From the NCBI GenBank assembly GCA_002762795.1, contig PCYA01000017.1, positions 801 to 64,800 of the forward strand: 64,000 bases of DNA. Direction: 5' to 3'. The number at the start of each line of letters is the position of its first letter. Position 1 is the first letter of the stretch. The stretch is from Candidatus Woesearchaeota archaeon CG10_big_fil_rev_8_21_14_0_10_37_12 (GTDB lineage Archaea > Nanobdellota > Nanobdellia > Woesearchaeales > ARS49). The translations under genes were made by a program, and so were the position numbers. Below, one piece after another: positions 29,031 through 39,125 of this stretch. Below the pieces are notes generated by a model, which did not search any database, was not told the DNA's origin, and was given only the letters and a program-made list of their open reading frames with translations.

Positions 29031-32000
29031 AACAAACAAAATTATTGCTATTCATTTTTATTTTGCTAGCAACGCTTGTAAACGCGCAAGAAATAAACAT
29101 AACAAACGTGAATGTTAATCACACAAACCAAACAAGTGTTATCACATGGCAAACACAGCCAGCAGCAACAAGCCTTCTTCAATACGGCATTAATAATCTT
29201 GCACAAAACGCATCAGACAACAACGTAACAGTGCAACATAGAATAGAAATACCAACAACGCCAGGAGAAACATACCAGTACATCATTACAAGCTGTGCAA
29301 ACCAAAACTGCACAAGCATGCAACCAGCAACATTCACTGCAGGAAACTTCTTTGTCACAGCAGACATACCAACACATGTACGAACAGCAAATATTGATAT
29401 TACAGGAAGAACACAATCAGGAGCAACAATAAGATTAATACTTAACGGAAGAGACTTGCGAACATTAACCACGCAAACAAATACATTCTTGTTCCGAGAT
29501 ATTCAGCTCGACTCATCTAATAATACAATCATTATCCGCGCAACATCAGCAACAGGAGAAACAACACAAAAAAACTATCCTGTACGACTTGATAACTCTC
29601 CAGCAAGAGTATCAATAAACACAACTGCATTCACAACAGAAAAACCAGCACCATTGCGAATAGTAACTTCAGAGCCAGTACAATTGAACATCACAATACA
29701 ACAACTGGATGATGGAAATGAAACAAAAGAAGTGCAACATAATATCACTCTCGCAGGAACAATACAAATTCCAGTAGAATTATACGATGGAAGAAACAGG
29801 ATCAGCATTATTGCAACAGATTATGCAGGATTCACAACACACACAGAAACAGAAATTTATTATGATTTTGGACCGCCACAATTCTTAGAAACAAACCTTA
29901 ACCAATTAACGCCAAGCTACAGCAGATTAATACGCGTAAAAGGAACACTCAGCGAACCAGCAAGCGTGACAGTATTTCTCAACAATGAACCAGAAGAAAC
30001 AGTACAAACAGACAGCAACAATAAGTTCAACATACCAATAAACCTCAAACAATTCGCACAACTTGACAGAAGCCAAGCACCAAACAGAACAACATTGGAA
30101 ACAGGACTAGCATGGCGAAACAACATAAGATTAGAAGCAATAGATGCAGCAGGAAGAATAACAGCAATACAAGGAGATGTTGTTTACGCAAGCTGTTCAC
30201 AAGATGGACTCATAGATGTTGTTGTAACAGAGCCGCTGCCAGACATACTGAACACAAGATTATTAGTGGAAGGATTGCAGCAAGTCGGATTGTCGTTTAA
30301 CTACAGTTACAGAGGAGATCAGGAAGCAATCATCAGACCAGCAGACATAAGAATGCATAAACTCACACCAGGACAGGCATTCCAAAATGAATATGACAAC
30401 GCGCTCGCTACAGTTGCAAAACCAGGAGTAAAAGCAGCAAGCCAAACAGACGGCATAGGATATATCCAAGTAAACTTCAACTCCATAGAAGATCCATGGG
30501 CATTACCAGAAACAGGAAACGCGCCGCAAGCAACAGAACCTCCTTCAAATAATCCAACACTGTTTGACAAAGAAGATAGACTATCAGATCATAGAAAAGG
30601 AGACTGCTTGCTTCCGGGCTTTGGATGCATGCGAATTCTACTACAAATAGAAATACCATACCAAGAAAGCAGCGCAAGATATTACACAGGATCACAAAGA
30701 ACAACAACACAAACAGGGCAACAACCATTAGCACAAGATCTTGTTGACCTAAATGAACGCGTGCACAGAACATGCTTACCAATAGAAGTAGCAATAGACA
30801 GAAGAATACCTCCAGAAAAACTCGGAAGCAGTTTCCTGAACCACACATCAAGAGTTCTTGGCGAAATTGTAGAGAACATAGACAAAGTACTCAAACCAGT
30901 GGAAAATGTTGGACGATTCTTGTTCTACTCCTGTCTTGCAAGCACAGGATTAATGTACTTGCCAAGCCTAAACGAAAGATGGACGTGCAAATACAGCAAC
31001 GCTGTAAACTTATTTAACAGAGACCTAGACGAATCAGCAACATTCAATGAGGGAGTTGCTGCAATAGGAAAATGTGAAGATTTCTACACAGGAGAAGCAC
31101 TTGAAAACTGCAAATCGTGCAGCGAAGCAAAAACAACATTCAACAATTACAAATACTATTACCAGCAAATCTGCGACAGAGTAATGTGCGGAGCAGCACC
31201 AAGCTTACAAACTTACTTGCGAGTAAAAGGACGAACAACACTCGAAAAAATAGAAGGATCAGGATATGAAGCAGGAAGCGACTGTGCAATGTGGATGAAA
31301 GAAAAAGGCAAAATCGGCACAGGAAAAAGAGGAGCAGTTATTTTTTCGTATCAGGAAATAGAAGGAATATACAAAGACTGGTTGGAACACCAAAGTGATG
31401 ATGCAGATGACACAGGATTTTCAGGGGAAGTGAACTGTGCAGGGTTGCACCCAGCTGACGCAAGCTGTTGCGGATATGAATACATGCAGGAATGGAGCAG
31501 CGCTTGCGGAGTAAGCATAGGTGGTGGAGGTCTTGACTTATTCGATGAAATTAAAGAAAGCACATGCTTGAGTGCGCAAAACGCAAACAAAAATGAAATA
31601 CCGGGAGCAGGAGACACAACGATACAATGCAGCAGATTAACAAATGCTCTCAGTGGATTCTGTGATGCAAATGGAGGACCGCCACTAGAACCAATACGAG
31701 TTATGCACTTTGAAGGCGGAGACTCAGGAGTAACAGGCAAAGTACGCCAATTAGGATTAGCAACTAACAAGGAAAAATTCATGTACGTCCTAATAAAAGA
31801 AAATACAGGAGGGCAAACACAAGAAAAGCACTCAATAATGCTTGGATTTGTAGCTGAGAAAGTAAAATACGCACAAACACCGCAATCAGCAACATTTGCA
31901 GAAGAAGATATATTCAGCATTAATACGCAAACAGAAGCAAGAGTTATGCCTGGAGGGTATGAGCTACAACAACAATTCTTCAGAGAAGAACAAACAGCAG

Positions 32001-35000
32001 CTTATTATCAAGGACAGCTTGATGATAACTTTTACACACAATTCGGCAACTATCTTTGTAACCAAGCAGGATATTCTGGACTGCCTTGCCAAGATGGAGA
32101 CTTTACACGAGATGATGCCAAAGACGTTTACGCAAGAGTCATGCAATACATTGGAGATCCAGAACAAGAATACATTGTCAACCCAAGCTCTGGAGTAATA
32201 AATGCAGCACGATGCTTGTGCTTCCCAACACTCATTAGCTTCCTAAAAACTTGGAGGAATATACTGCAAGCAGTGCAAAACTGCGTTAACAGCATAATAT
32301 TAACAGGAGACGGAGATGCAGGAATCTGCCAAGAAGGAGTAACAATACCAATGTGCGATTTGTTATACGATGCAATTGCGTGTTTCACACAACGATTCGG
32401 AGCAGGAGGAGGACGAATAGGACTAGGAGGAGGAGATCCAATAGGAGCTCTCACCAGCGCAGGGGCACAAGTATCACGAACAGTAGAAAGCAGATACGGT
32501 ACGACAAACATGTATCAGGCAACATTCGGAGACAGAAAACTTGTGCATAGCATTTGTTTGTTTGCATTCACAGGAACATGGAACCTTGATCCTTCTGCAT
32601 TATTTGACCAAGCACTCGAAGACGTTCCAACAGAAAGTTATACATTGTTGTATCCTTGTCAGAGAAGGTACGTAAGCTATGATCCTACAACAACACCGGG
32701 AGGTTTAGTAACATGGGTGTACAATTTCGGTGCAGGAATAGCAGCAGGAGCAAACTTAGACGTAGACTTTAAACTCAAATGCAGTGCAGACAGAAGTTGT
32801 CTTCCATCAGAAGGTTTTGAAGGCGGCAAGTGTGATTGTGAAGAATCAGGACAAGAAAAATACTTGCCAATCAGACCACAAGGAACACCAACAAGAGTAG
32901 CAAAAGGAGAAATTTTCAATCAACCAGTGTACTTCACGTTAAAGGGTAATCCAAGAGATGGTTCAACAAGATATGATACGTTAATTATGACTCACAGATG
33001 GAGAGATCAAGGGAAAATAGCAGAAAAACAAACAGAATGCAAAATAGGCCAGGCAGGAGGACCGTTAAGCGTGCCTCCGCATTGTAAATTTGACGCGGCA
33101 ACATTAAGCTTTAGGTGCATGCTTGGAGAAGACGAAGGAGCAATCAGTTTATTGGGCTCAACAGTAGATGCACAGCACAACATACCAAACCCGGCATTTG
33201 CATTAGGAGAAGAACTCAACATTACGCTCGATGTAAGGCAAGCATACCCAAGACAAGACGCAATGTTCAACAAATATTTGGAGTACGCAGTCATGAATTC
33301 AGCAGGGCAAACAGTTGCAACAAATAAAGACGAAGCACTGCATCCCTTGACAACAAACGGCGATTACAAAATAAGAACAACAAACAGAGGAATATTCAGA
33401 ACACAATTAACTGTTACAGAAGACTGGTTCGGAACGCAGCAACAAACAGGCAGAAATTACCAGACAAGCACATGGAACAAAAATGAGCCTAGTGTGTTGT
33501 CGCCAAATGATGAAGGATTAATCGCAGATGTTTTGTTAACAGATGCTACAGGAAATACAAAAACAGAACAATCAGCGTTTGTTATCGAATTTTCCAATGA
33601 AAATGACCAAACAACATGGAAACTATTTGATGGAGGATCAAGAAGAAAATCAGCAGCAGGAATACAAAAAGGAAACCAATTAACAGGAGGAGTGTATAAC
33701 CCAACAACCACAATCATCTTCTATCAGGGAACAACAGCACAATCACAAATTGTCAGAGATCCAAATGCACCAGCAGGAGTACGAGTTGTACAAAGTGCAA
33801 ACGCAAATATCAGAATAACATTCAACAATATGCCTGTGCTTGCGCCAGGAGAACGAAAACAAATCTTAGTAGAATGGCAAAAACAACCAGAACTCGGAGC
33901 ATGCACTGACGAAACAAAAAGACAACAACCACAAAGATTCACCATAACATTCTCAGCATTTGATGCTGACGAAAACGGAAACCCAAGCAACCAAGTAAGC
34001 GTAGATCCAAACACAGGAACACCAGCACAATTGCAAGTACCATTTTTTGCAGTATGTTCAGAACCTTCAGCAATTGCACATTTGGAAACAGCAAACAATG
34101 AAACAATGATCAAACAATTCATGAGAGACATCCACGACGAATTTGGAAAAGCAAAAATAGAACAACAAGAATATCTTACAAGAATTGATGCATTTTTAGC
34201 ATCATCATACCCATTAGATACTCAGCAAGGAAAAGGAGATGTAGTATCAAGATTAGAGGCATTATTAACATATGAATCATTACATTACAACAAAATACAA
34301 GGATTTGTTAATAGACTAACAAGCTTGCCTACAGAGAACAGAATAGCAGGAGTTGATGAATTTGAAACACTTCTGAACAGATATAATGTTGAATTAGGAG
34401 TTGCAATTAGAGTAATCAGAGGAATGAAAGATGACATCAGACAAAGCAGTTTAAGACAAGAAATAGGACCAGCATTACTAGAGATTAAAACAAAACTTAC
34501 AGAATTAATGCAGACTAAAGACCAAGCAATACAGGCAACACAAGAAATAATCTTATTCAGACCAACAACTACAACACAACAATTAAGCCAAAGAGACCCA
34601 GCAACAACACCTTTGTTAGCAAATGATAGGAAAATATTGGAAGAAATAAAAAGATTGATTGAACGTCATCAACAAATAACTCCCATTTCCGCAAAAAATA
34701 GTCAAATAATAGAAATAAATAGGCTTTTCAACTATACTTTTACAGGTGTCACTGTTGAGTATGTTTATAACTTTATTAAAGCAATTAATATAACACAAAC
34801 CACACATTCTCAAACATATAGTGGGCACATAGGCAGACTTTCTTCAGAAGAACGAACAACCAGCATAGTTCAACTTGAAATAGAACTCATGCAATTCTTA
34901 ACACATACAAGATCAGTGCTGCCAAACCTTCAATTAACTGCGTATAAACAACAATTACAACAAATAAATTCAAGTTTCACACAAATCACACAAGCAGAAG

Positions 35001-35830
35001 ACGCAGTGCTAGCATACATTACTCAAAGATTAACAGCGCCAGAAGCGCAAGTAACAGCACAACCAACAATAGACGCGTCAACAAAAGAAGGACAATTGCA
35101 AGCACTCAAAACAGCAATAGAAACAGCAAGACGTGATCGAGAACCTTATTTGCTTACTTTCCAAGATTATGTAACTAATCCAGCAACAATGCCAAATGAT
35201 CATGTACAATTTAGAAATAGTTACGCGAGAGCGCAACAAGTAGAAATACAAAACATGCAAGCATTAGAAACAATACAAATAAATCAATTACCAGACATAA
35301 TTAAACAAGACGTAGAATTGCTTAAGTTCAATATGGGAACAATTACAACAGGAAGTATTGGCAGGTTTATACAGAACATACAAAGTGCTGATTTGCAACA
35401 ACTTAAGAGTCAAGTTCCTGAAATGCACCAGAAATATCAGCTAATAACTGGCCAAGAAGATAGCATTCTCAGACAAATAGACCAAGAACTCAGTTCTTCT
35501 GGATCGGGTGGAGCAGCAGGACCACCACAAGTTCAAACACCTCCGGCACAACCACAACAAACAACACTAGAAGATCAACAAAAACTTGGTGCACTCAAAA
35601 TCATCATTGAAGCAAACCAACAAATAAGAACTAATCACAAACAAAGAATAACAACATATCTCCCGGCACTTGCACCTGGAAATAAAGAAACAGTCAGAAA
35701 CCTAATACGAGCAATACAAGAAACAGAAAGCAGATACGCGAGAAATGTTGAATTAGCTCATATTGGGTTGTCCAGTCAAGAGTTAAGAGCAATACCACAA
35801 CTTGCAGCATTAAAATTCACAACAGACTAA
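29027..35830 (+). CDS. giant secreted surface protein (2267 aa): sequon-rich N-terminus, Cys-rich middle, Gln-rich coiled-coil C-terminal third
   Basis: Signal peptide MKQTKLLLFIFILLATLVNAQE, >60 NxS/T sequons, dense Cys clusters between aa 600-1300, Q-rich heptad-like region aa 1550-2260. Confidence 0.7.
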   Translation: MKQTKLLLFIFILLATLVNAQEINITNVNVNHTNQTSVITWQTQPAATSLLQYGINNLAQNASDNNVTVQHRIEIPTTPGETYQYIITSCANQNCTSMQPATFTAGNFFVTADIPTHVRTANIDITGRTQSGATIRLILNGRDLRTLTTQTNTFLFRDIQLDSSNNTIIIRATSATGETTQKNYPVRLDNSPARVSINTTAFTTEKPAPLRIVTSEPVQLNITIQQLDDGNETKEVQHNITLAGTIQIPVELYDGRNRISIIATDYAGFTTHTETEIYYDFGPPQFLETNLNQLTPSYSRLIRVKGTLSEPASVTVFLNNEPEETVQTDSNNKFNIPINLKQFAQLDRSQAPNRTTLETGLAWRNNIRLEAIDAAGRITAIQGDVVYASCSQDGLIDVVVTEPLPDILNTRLLVEGLQQVGLSFNYSYRGDQEAIIRPADIRMHKLTPGQAFQNEYDNALATVAKPGVKAASQTDGIGYIQVNFNSIEDPWALPETGNAPQATEPPSNNPTLFDKEDRLSDHRKGDCLLPGFGCMRILLQIEIPYQESSARYYTGSQRTTTQTGQQPLAQDLVDLNERVHRTCLPIEVAIDRRIPPEKLGSSFLNHTSRVLGEIVENIDKVLKPVENVGRFLFYSCLASTGLMYLPSLNERWTCKYSNAVNLFNRDLDESATFNEGVAAIGKCEDFYTGEALENCKSCSEAKTTFNNYKYYYQQICDRVMCGAAPSLQTYLRVKGRTTLEKIEGSGYEAGSDCAMWMKEKGKIGTGKRGAVIFSYQEIEGIYKDWLEHQSDDADDTGFSGEVNCAGLHPADASCCGYEYMQEWSSACGVSIGGGGLDLFDEIKESTCLSAQNANKNEIPGAGDTTIQCSRLTNALSGFCDANGGPPLEPIRVMHFEGGDSGVTGKVRQLGLATNKEKFMYVLIKENTGGQTQEKHSIMLGFVAEKVKYAQTPQSATFAEEDIFSINTQTEARVMPGGYELQQQFFREEQTAAYYQGQLDDNFYTQFGNYLCNQAGYSGLPCQDGDFTRDDAKDVYARVMQYIGDPEQEYIVNPSSGVINAARCLCFPTLISFLKTWRNILQAVQNCVNSIILTGDGDAGICQEGVTIPMCDLLYDAIACFTQRFGAGGGRIGLGGGDPIGALTSAGAQVSRTVESRYGTTNMYQATFGDRKLVHSICLFAFTGTWNLDPSALFDQALEDVPTESYTLLYPCQRRYVSYDPTTTPGGLVTWVYNFGAGIAAGANLDVDFKLKCSADRSCLPSEGFEGGKCDCEESGQEKYLPIRPQGTPTRVAKGEIFNQPVYFTLKGNPRDGSTRYDTLIMTHRWRDQGKIAEKQTECKIGQAGGPLSVPPHCKFDAATLSFRCMLGEDEGAISLLGSTVDAQHNIPNPAFALGEELNITLDVRQAYPRQDAMFNKYLEYAVMNSAGQTVATNKDEALHPLTTNGDYKIRTTNRGIFRTQLTVTEDWFGTQQQTGRNYQTSTWNKNEPSVLSPNDEGLIADVLLTDATGNTKTEQSAFVIEFSNENDQTTWKLFDGGSRRKSAAGIQKGNQLTGGVYNPTTTIIFYQGTTAQSQIVRDPNAPAGVRVVQSANANIRITFNNMPVLAPGERKQILVEWQKQPELGACTDETKRQQPQRFTITFSAFDADENGNPSNQVSVDPNTGTPAQLQVPFFAVCSEPSAIAHLETANNETMIKQFMRDIHDEFGKAKIEQQEYLTRIDAFLASSYPLDTQQGKGDVVSRLEALLTYESLHYNKIQGFVNRLTSLPTENRIAGVDEFETLLNRYNVELGVAIRVIRGMKDDIRQSSLRQEIGPALLEIKTKLTELMQTKDQAIQATQEIILFRPTTTTQQLSQRDPATTPLLANDRKILEEIKRLIERHQQITPISAKNSQIIEINRLFNYTFTGVTVEYVYNFIKAINITQTTHSQTYSGHIGRLSSEERTTSIVQLEIELMQFLTHTRSVLPNLQLTAYKQQLQQINSSFTQITQAEDAVLAYITQRLTAPEAQVTAQPTIDASTKEGQLQALKTAIETARRDREPYLLTFQDYVTNPATMPNDHVQFRNSYARAQQVEIQNMQALETIQINQLPDIIKQDVELLKFNMGTITTGSIGRFIQNIQSADLQQLKSQVPEMHQKYQLITGQEDSILRQIDQELSSSGSGGAAGPPQVQTPPAQPQQTTLEDQQKLGALKIIIEANQQIRTNHKQRITTYLPALAPGNKETVRNLIRAIQETESRYARNVELAHIGLSSQELRAIPQLAALKFTTD

Positions 35831-36073
35831 TTTAATGAAGCAAACATTCAAAACAATCAATATCTTATTCACGAAACACAAACAAGAATTAGTACTCCTC
35901 CAAGTCAACTAACTCCAGAACTGCTCAGAACTACATTAAACAAAATAAATCAATATTGCACGGCTGTTGAAAGAATAGAAACAACATTATTACAACAAAT
36001 AAATCAAAAATTACCTACACAAGCACAACCACCAGCACAATCACAACAAGACCACGTAGCGGATATACGGCTG

Positions 36074-36526
36074 GTGGGACAATATGTGGTTGATAATGGG
36101 CGTAGAATCCAATACGCAAGTAGTGTTGATTACACATTTGATTTGCTCATTAAGAAAGACGATGTGACTTACTCGTTTAGTGTCTCATTTAATGCTAGGC
36201 AGGATTACACTCCGGACATAGCGAAAATTGAAGCAGGAGTTCTTGTTGGTCGAGTGCACTATGTTTCCGTTAGGGATGGTAAACTTGATGGTCTTTTCTC
36301 AACAAATGAGCCAATGGACGAGCTTGCTAATTTCTGGGATGGCTGGCCTGATACAACAAATTTCGATGAAGCCGTTTTAATTGATAAAAATTCACCAGAA
36401 AGTAAGAAAAATGAAGCAAGACAACAATATGCTCGATTCATGAATGAAATAGCAGAGTTAATACGAACAGGAGATTTGGTCGTAACTGAAACAGAGTCGC
36501 ATAAAATAGCTGCGCTTCCAGAATAA
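36074..36526 (+). CDS. hypothetical globular domain; probably the C-terminal extension of the giant protein, same frame
   Basis: GTG-initiated ORF; the 243 bp between the giant gene's TAA (35828-35830) and 36074 are open in the same frame, have no ATG/GTG/TTG, and encode Q-rich sequence like the giant protein's C-terminus. Confidence 0.4.
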   Translation: MGQYVVDNGRRIQYASSVDYTFDLLIKKDDVTYSFSVSFNARQDYTPDIAKIEAGVLVGRVHYVSVRDGKLDGLFSTNEPMDELANFWDGWPDTTNFDEAVLIDKNSPESKKNEARQQYARFMNEIAELIRTGDLVVTETESHKIAALPE

Positions 36527-36527
36527 A

Positions 36528-36576
36528 ATGATAACCAAAACCTCGCCAAACGCGTGGAATTTGTTTGTTAAACACA
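36528..36576 (+). repeat. direct repeat 1 (49 bp): duplicated 5' end of the membrane-protein gene flanking the TA cassette
   Basis: atgataaccaaaacctcgccaaacgcgtggaatttgtttgttaaacaca; encodes MITKTSPNAWNLFVKHK then terminates; nearly identical to 37639-37690. Confidence 0.6.
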
Positions 36577-36610
36577 AAAAAAGAAACCTTTAAATACTAT
36601 TGGTTCATAT

Positions 36611-37168
36611 TTGGCACATATGGTTCAAAAAAGAAACAATGTTGAGTTGGAAATTATAGATCTATTGTTTAAAAAAGAGAATCATGTCAGAGGAATATCT
36701 AAAAAACTAAATGAATCTCATTCTACAATATCGAGAAAATTAAACTATCTTAAAGATGAAAACGCGATTGATTATGTGCGGGAAGGAAAAAATAAGGTGT
36801 TTTTTCTGAAAAAAAACATCGTTGCACAAAGTTACATTCTAACCTCAGAAATACACAAACTAATAAAATTATTGAGAATATGCCCAGAATTAAGCGTTAT
36901 TTTTGAAGAAATGCTAAATAAAACAGATGAAAAATTAATCATTCTTTTCGGATCCTACGCAAAAGGGCTTGCTAAAAAAGACAGCGATATAGATGTTTAT
37001 ATTGAGACAAAAAACAAAACCGTTAAAAAAATTGTTGAGGATATAAATTCAAAAATCAGTGTTAAAATTGGTACATTCGATATTGACTCTCCGCTCGTTA
37101 AGGAAATAATAAAAGATCACATAATTATCAGAGGAGTTGAAAAATTTTATGAAAAACAATTTTCTTGA
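36611..37168 (+). CDS. winged-HTH fused to a minimal nucleotidyltransferase (MNT antitoxin-like)
   Basis: N-terminal wHTH (HVRGISKKLNESHSTISRKLNYL), then LFGSYAKGLAKKDSDIDVYIE = GSx9-10DxD Pol-beta NTase motif. Confidence 0.7.
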   Translation: MAHMVQKRNNVELEIIDLLFKKENHVRGISKKLNESHSTISRKLNYLKDENAIDYVREGKNKVFFLKKNIVAQSYILTSEIHKLIKLLRICPELSVIFEEMLNKTDEKLIILFGSYAKGLAKKDSDIDVYIETKNKTVKKIVEDINSKISVKIGTFDIDSPLVKEIIKDHIIIRGVEKFYEKQFS

Positions 37169-37628
37169 AAAACTAAAAAAAGAAGAAAAACTAGAACTGA
37201 TCGACCCTTCAGAGAACATCCATGATTCTTACTTGGAAAAATCCAATAACTGTATGAAAGCAGCAAAATTATTGTTGCAAAACAAATTATATGAGAACTC
37301 TATCGGGATGTCTTATTATGCGATGTATGACTTGCTTGTAGCATTATTATTCAGAGTAGGAATTAAATGCGAGAATCACTCAGCAGCAATTCTATTGCTC
37401 AAATCACTATTTGAAAATGATGAATTGTTTAAACTTATTTCGAATGCAAAAAAAGAAAGAATTGATAAACAATATTATATAACGACTGAAAAAGATACTG
37501 TGACTGAAGAAATAGCAAAAGAATTATTAACTCATGCGGAATACTTTGTTTTAAATCTGAAATCAATTATTGCCAGATTAAAAAACGAGGATGTTCCTAA
37601 AATCAGAGAAAAATTCAAAACATTATAA
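37137..37628 (+). CDS. HEPN-domain protein (toxin-like partner of the MNT)
   Basis: All-helical 163 aa; overlaps the MNT gene by 32 nt; HEPN-MNT gene order; Rx4-6H not clearly assignable. Confidence 0.55.
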   Translation: MKNFMKNNFLEKLKKEEKLELIDPSENIHDSYLEKSNNCMKAAKLLLQNKLYENSIGMSYYAMYDLLVALLFRVGIKCENHSAAILLLKSLFENDELFKLISNAKKERIDKQYYITTEKDTVTEEIAKELLTHAEYFVLNLKSIIARLKNEDVPKIREKFKTL

Positions 37629-37638
37629 CACTGGAAAA

Positions 37639-37690
37639 ATGATCCTTACAAAAACCTTACCAAACGCGTGGAATTTGTTTGTTAAACACA
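37639..37690 (+). repeat. direct repeat 2 (52 bp) matching 36528-36576
   Basis: atgatccttacaaaaaccttaccaaacgcgtggaatttgtttgttaaacaca. Confidence 0.6.
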
Positions 37691-38448
37691 AGCAATACCT
37701 TATATTATTTGTATTGTTAGACTTTGTCTTTTTGTTCTTTACAGCACAAGCCCATTTAACTTATTTTATTCCGACAGCAGATGCGGCAAACAGAGCAGGA
37801 GAAATTATCACGCAAGAACTGCAAACACTGCAAATGACAGATGCATACCAACTGGACGCTATTCTAATGCAAAATTCGCAGTTTAAACAAGCATATCATG
37901 ACTTATTGCAAGGCATAATTTACTTTTTTATCACCATGTTTATCATCTGGATAGTTATCAGGTCAGCAATCTGGCACATCAGCTACAAAATAATTCATAA
38001 AAAAACAAACTGGAAAACAAACGTGCTCAAATTTGCACTGTTTAGCCTTTTTTGGTTTGTTGTTGTTGCAATCGTGTTCGTTCTTTACAGTATATCAACA
38101 GGAAGCACAGCAACATTGTTACCAATAGTTGGAAATCCGTTAATTAGCATATTGATGATTGCTCTGTTTGTTCTAATTTATTATTTCAGTCAGATAAGTT
38201 TTGCTCTTGTGCCGGTACAACAAAGTTTTAATAAGACCTTTGCTTACGGAGTAAAATATGCCAAGAAATTTGTTCCAGTGGCACTTATAAATGCAATAAT
38301 TGTGTTCCTTGCACTCAGTCTGCCACTTAACTGGCTGCAAACATACCCAATAATATCACTTGCAATAATCATAATCATCAGCATACCAGCACTCGCATTT
38401 GCACGAGTGCATATAATCGGAGCAACAGAATGGGTAAAAAAATATTAA
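37639..38448 (+). CDS. polytopic membrane protein
   Basis: Start set at ATG 37639 (MILTKTLPNAWNLF), since this N-terminus is what is duplicated at 36528; ORF track extends to 37591; 6 TM helices. Confidence 0.5.
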   Translation: MILTKTLPNAWNLFVKHKQYLILFVLLDFVFLFFTAQAHLTYFIPTADAANRAGEIITQELQTLQMTDAYQLDAILMQNSQFKQAYHDLLQGIIYFFITMFIIWIVIRSAIWHISYKIIHKKTNWKTNVLKFALFSLFWFVVVAIVFVLYSISTGSTATLLPIVGNPLISILMIALFVLIYYFSQISFALVPVQQSFNKTFAYGVKYAKKFVPVALINAIIVFLALSLPLNWLQTYPIISLAIIIIISIPALAFARVHIIGATEWVKKY

Positions 38449-39104
38449 TAGCACTTGTTTGTCTGGTAATAATAGTTATTTTATTACTTCTTGCACTGCA
38501 ATATCCAGTTATACAACAAACAAAAACAGTGCAGACAACACCACAACAATATCCTGAACAACAGGAAATGGTTGAACAAGAACAACTATTAGAATTACCA
38601 ACTGAATTGGAGATACCAACGCCAAGAAGCCCTGCACTGGAAACAAGACCGGCAGCAACACCAAAAGCACCGGAGCCAGAACTATCACCGACAGGAGTTT
38701 CAATAGACAAAGTATTCCCACAAACAGTGCAGTTCTGGGTAAATACAATCAAAGTACCTGACACTACAGGTGCAACTGAGTACACGTACAATTACATTCC
38801 GGTACAAGCAAGAGAACTCAAAACATTTGCCGGAAGTTTCGGACCATATGCAGAAGACCCAATAGAACACATAATAATACTTCTTTGTGCAGAACTTACA
38901 AAAATAACAGCAGCACCATCATGTCAGCCAGTCAACATTGTATTCAGAGATGGTTATGTGAGCTTTGCAAAAGGCTACCAATATGACGAATATATTGGTG
39001 GGATGGCTGCAAAAGATTATACGGCTTACTATGAAATACACTTAAAAGAAACAGACACAATCATCAGAACAAGCAACAAAGCGTTTGTGAGAACAGTTAA
39101 TTAA
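38430..39104 (+). CDS. secreted protein with Pro/Glu/Gln-rich linker
   Basis: N-terminal TM/signal, PEQQEMVEQEQLLELPTELEIPTPRSP linker, ~120-aa C-terminal domain. Confidence 0.45.
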   Translation: MGKKILIALVCLVIIVILLLLALQYPVIQQTKTVQTTPQQYPEQQEMVEQEQLLELPTELEIPTPRSPALETRPAATPKAPEPELSPTGVSIDKVFPQTVQFWVNTIKVPDTTGATEYTYNYIPVQARELKTFAGSFGPYAEDPIEHIIILLCAELTKITAAPSCQPVNIVFRDGYVSFAKGYQYDEYIGGMAAKDYTAYYEIHLKETDTIIRTSNKAFVRTVN

Positions 39105-39125
39105 AAAACTAAAAAATATAATAAT

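Noticed and set aside
29179-35260. Many 60-190-aa ORFs inside and antisense to the giant gene and other long genes (e.g. 31351-31920, 33724-34131, 30477-30851)
   Set aside because: Fully contained within long, coherent ORFs on the other strand or in other frames; typical shadow ORFs.
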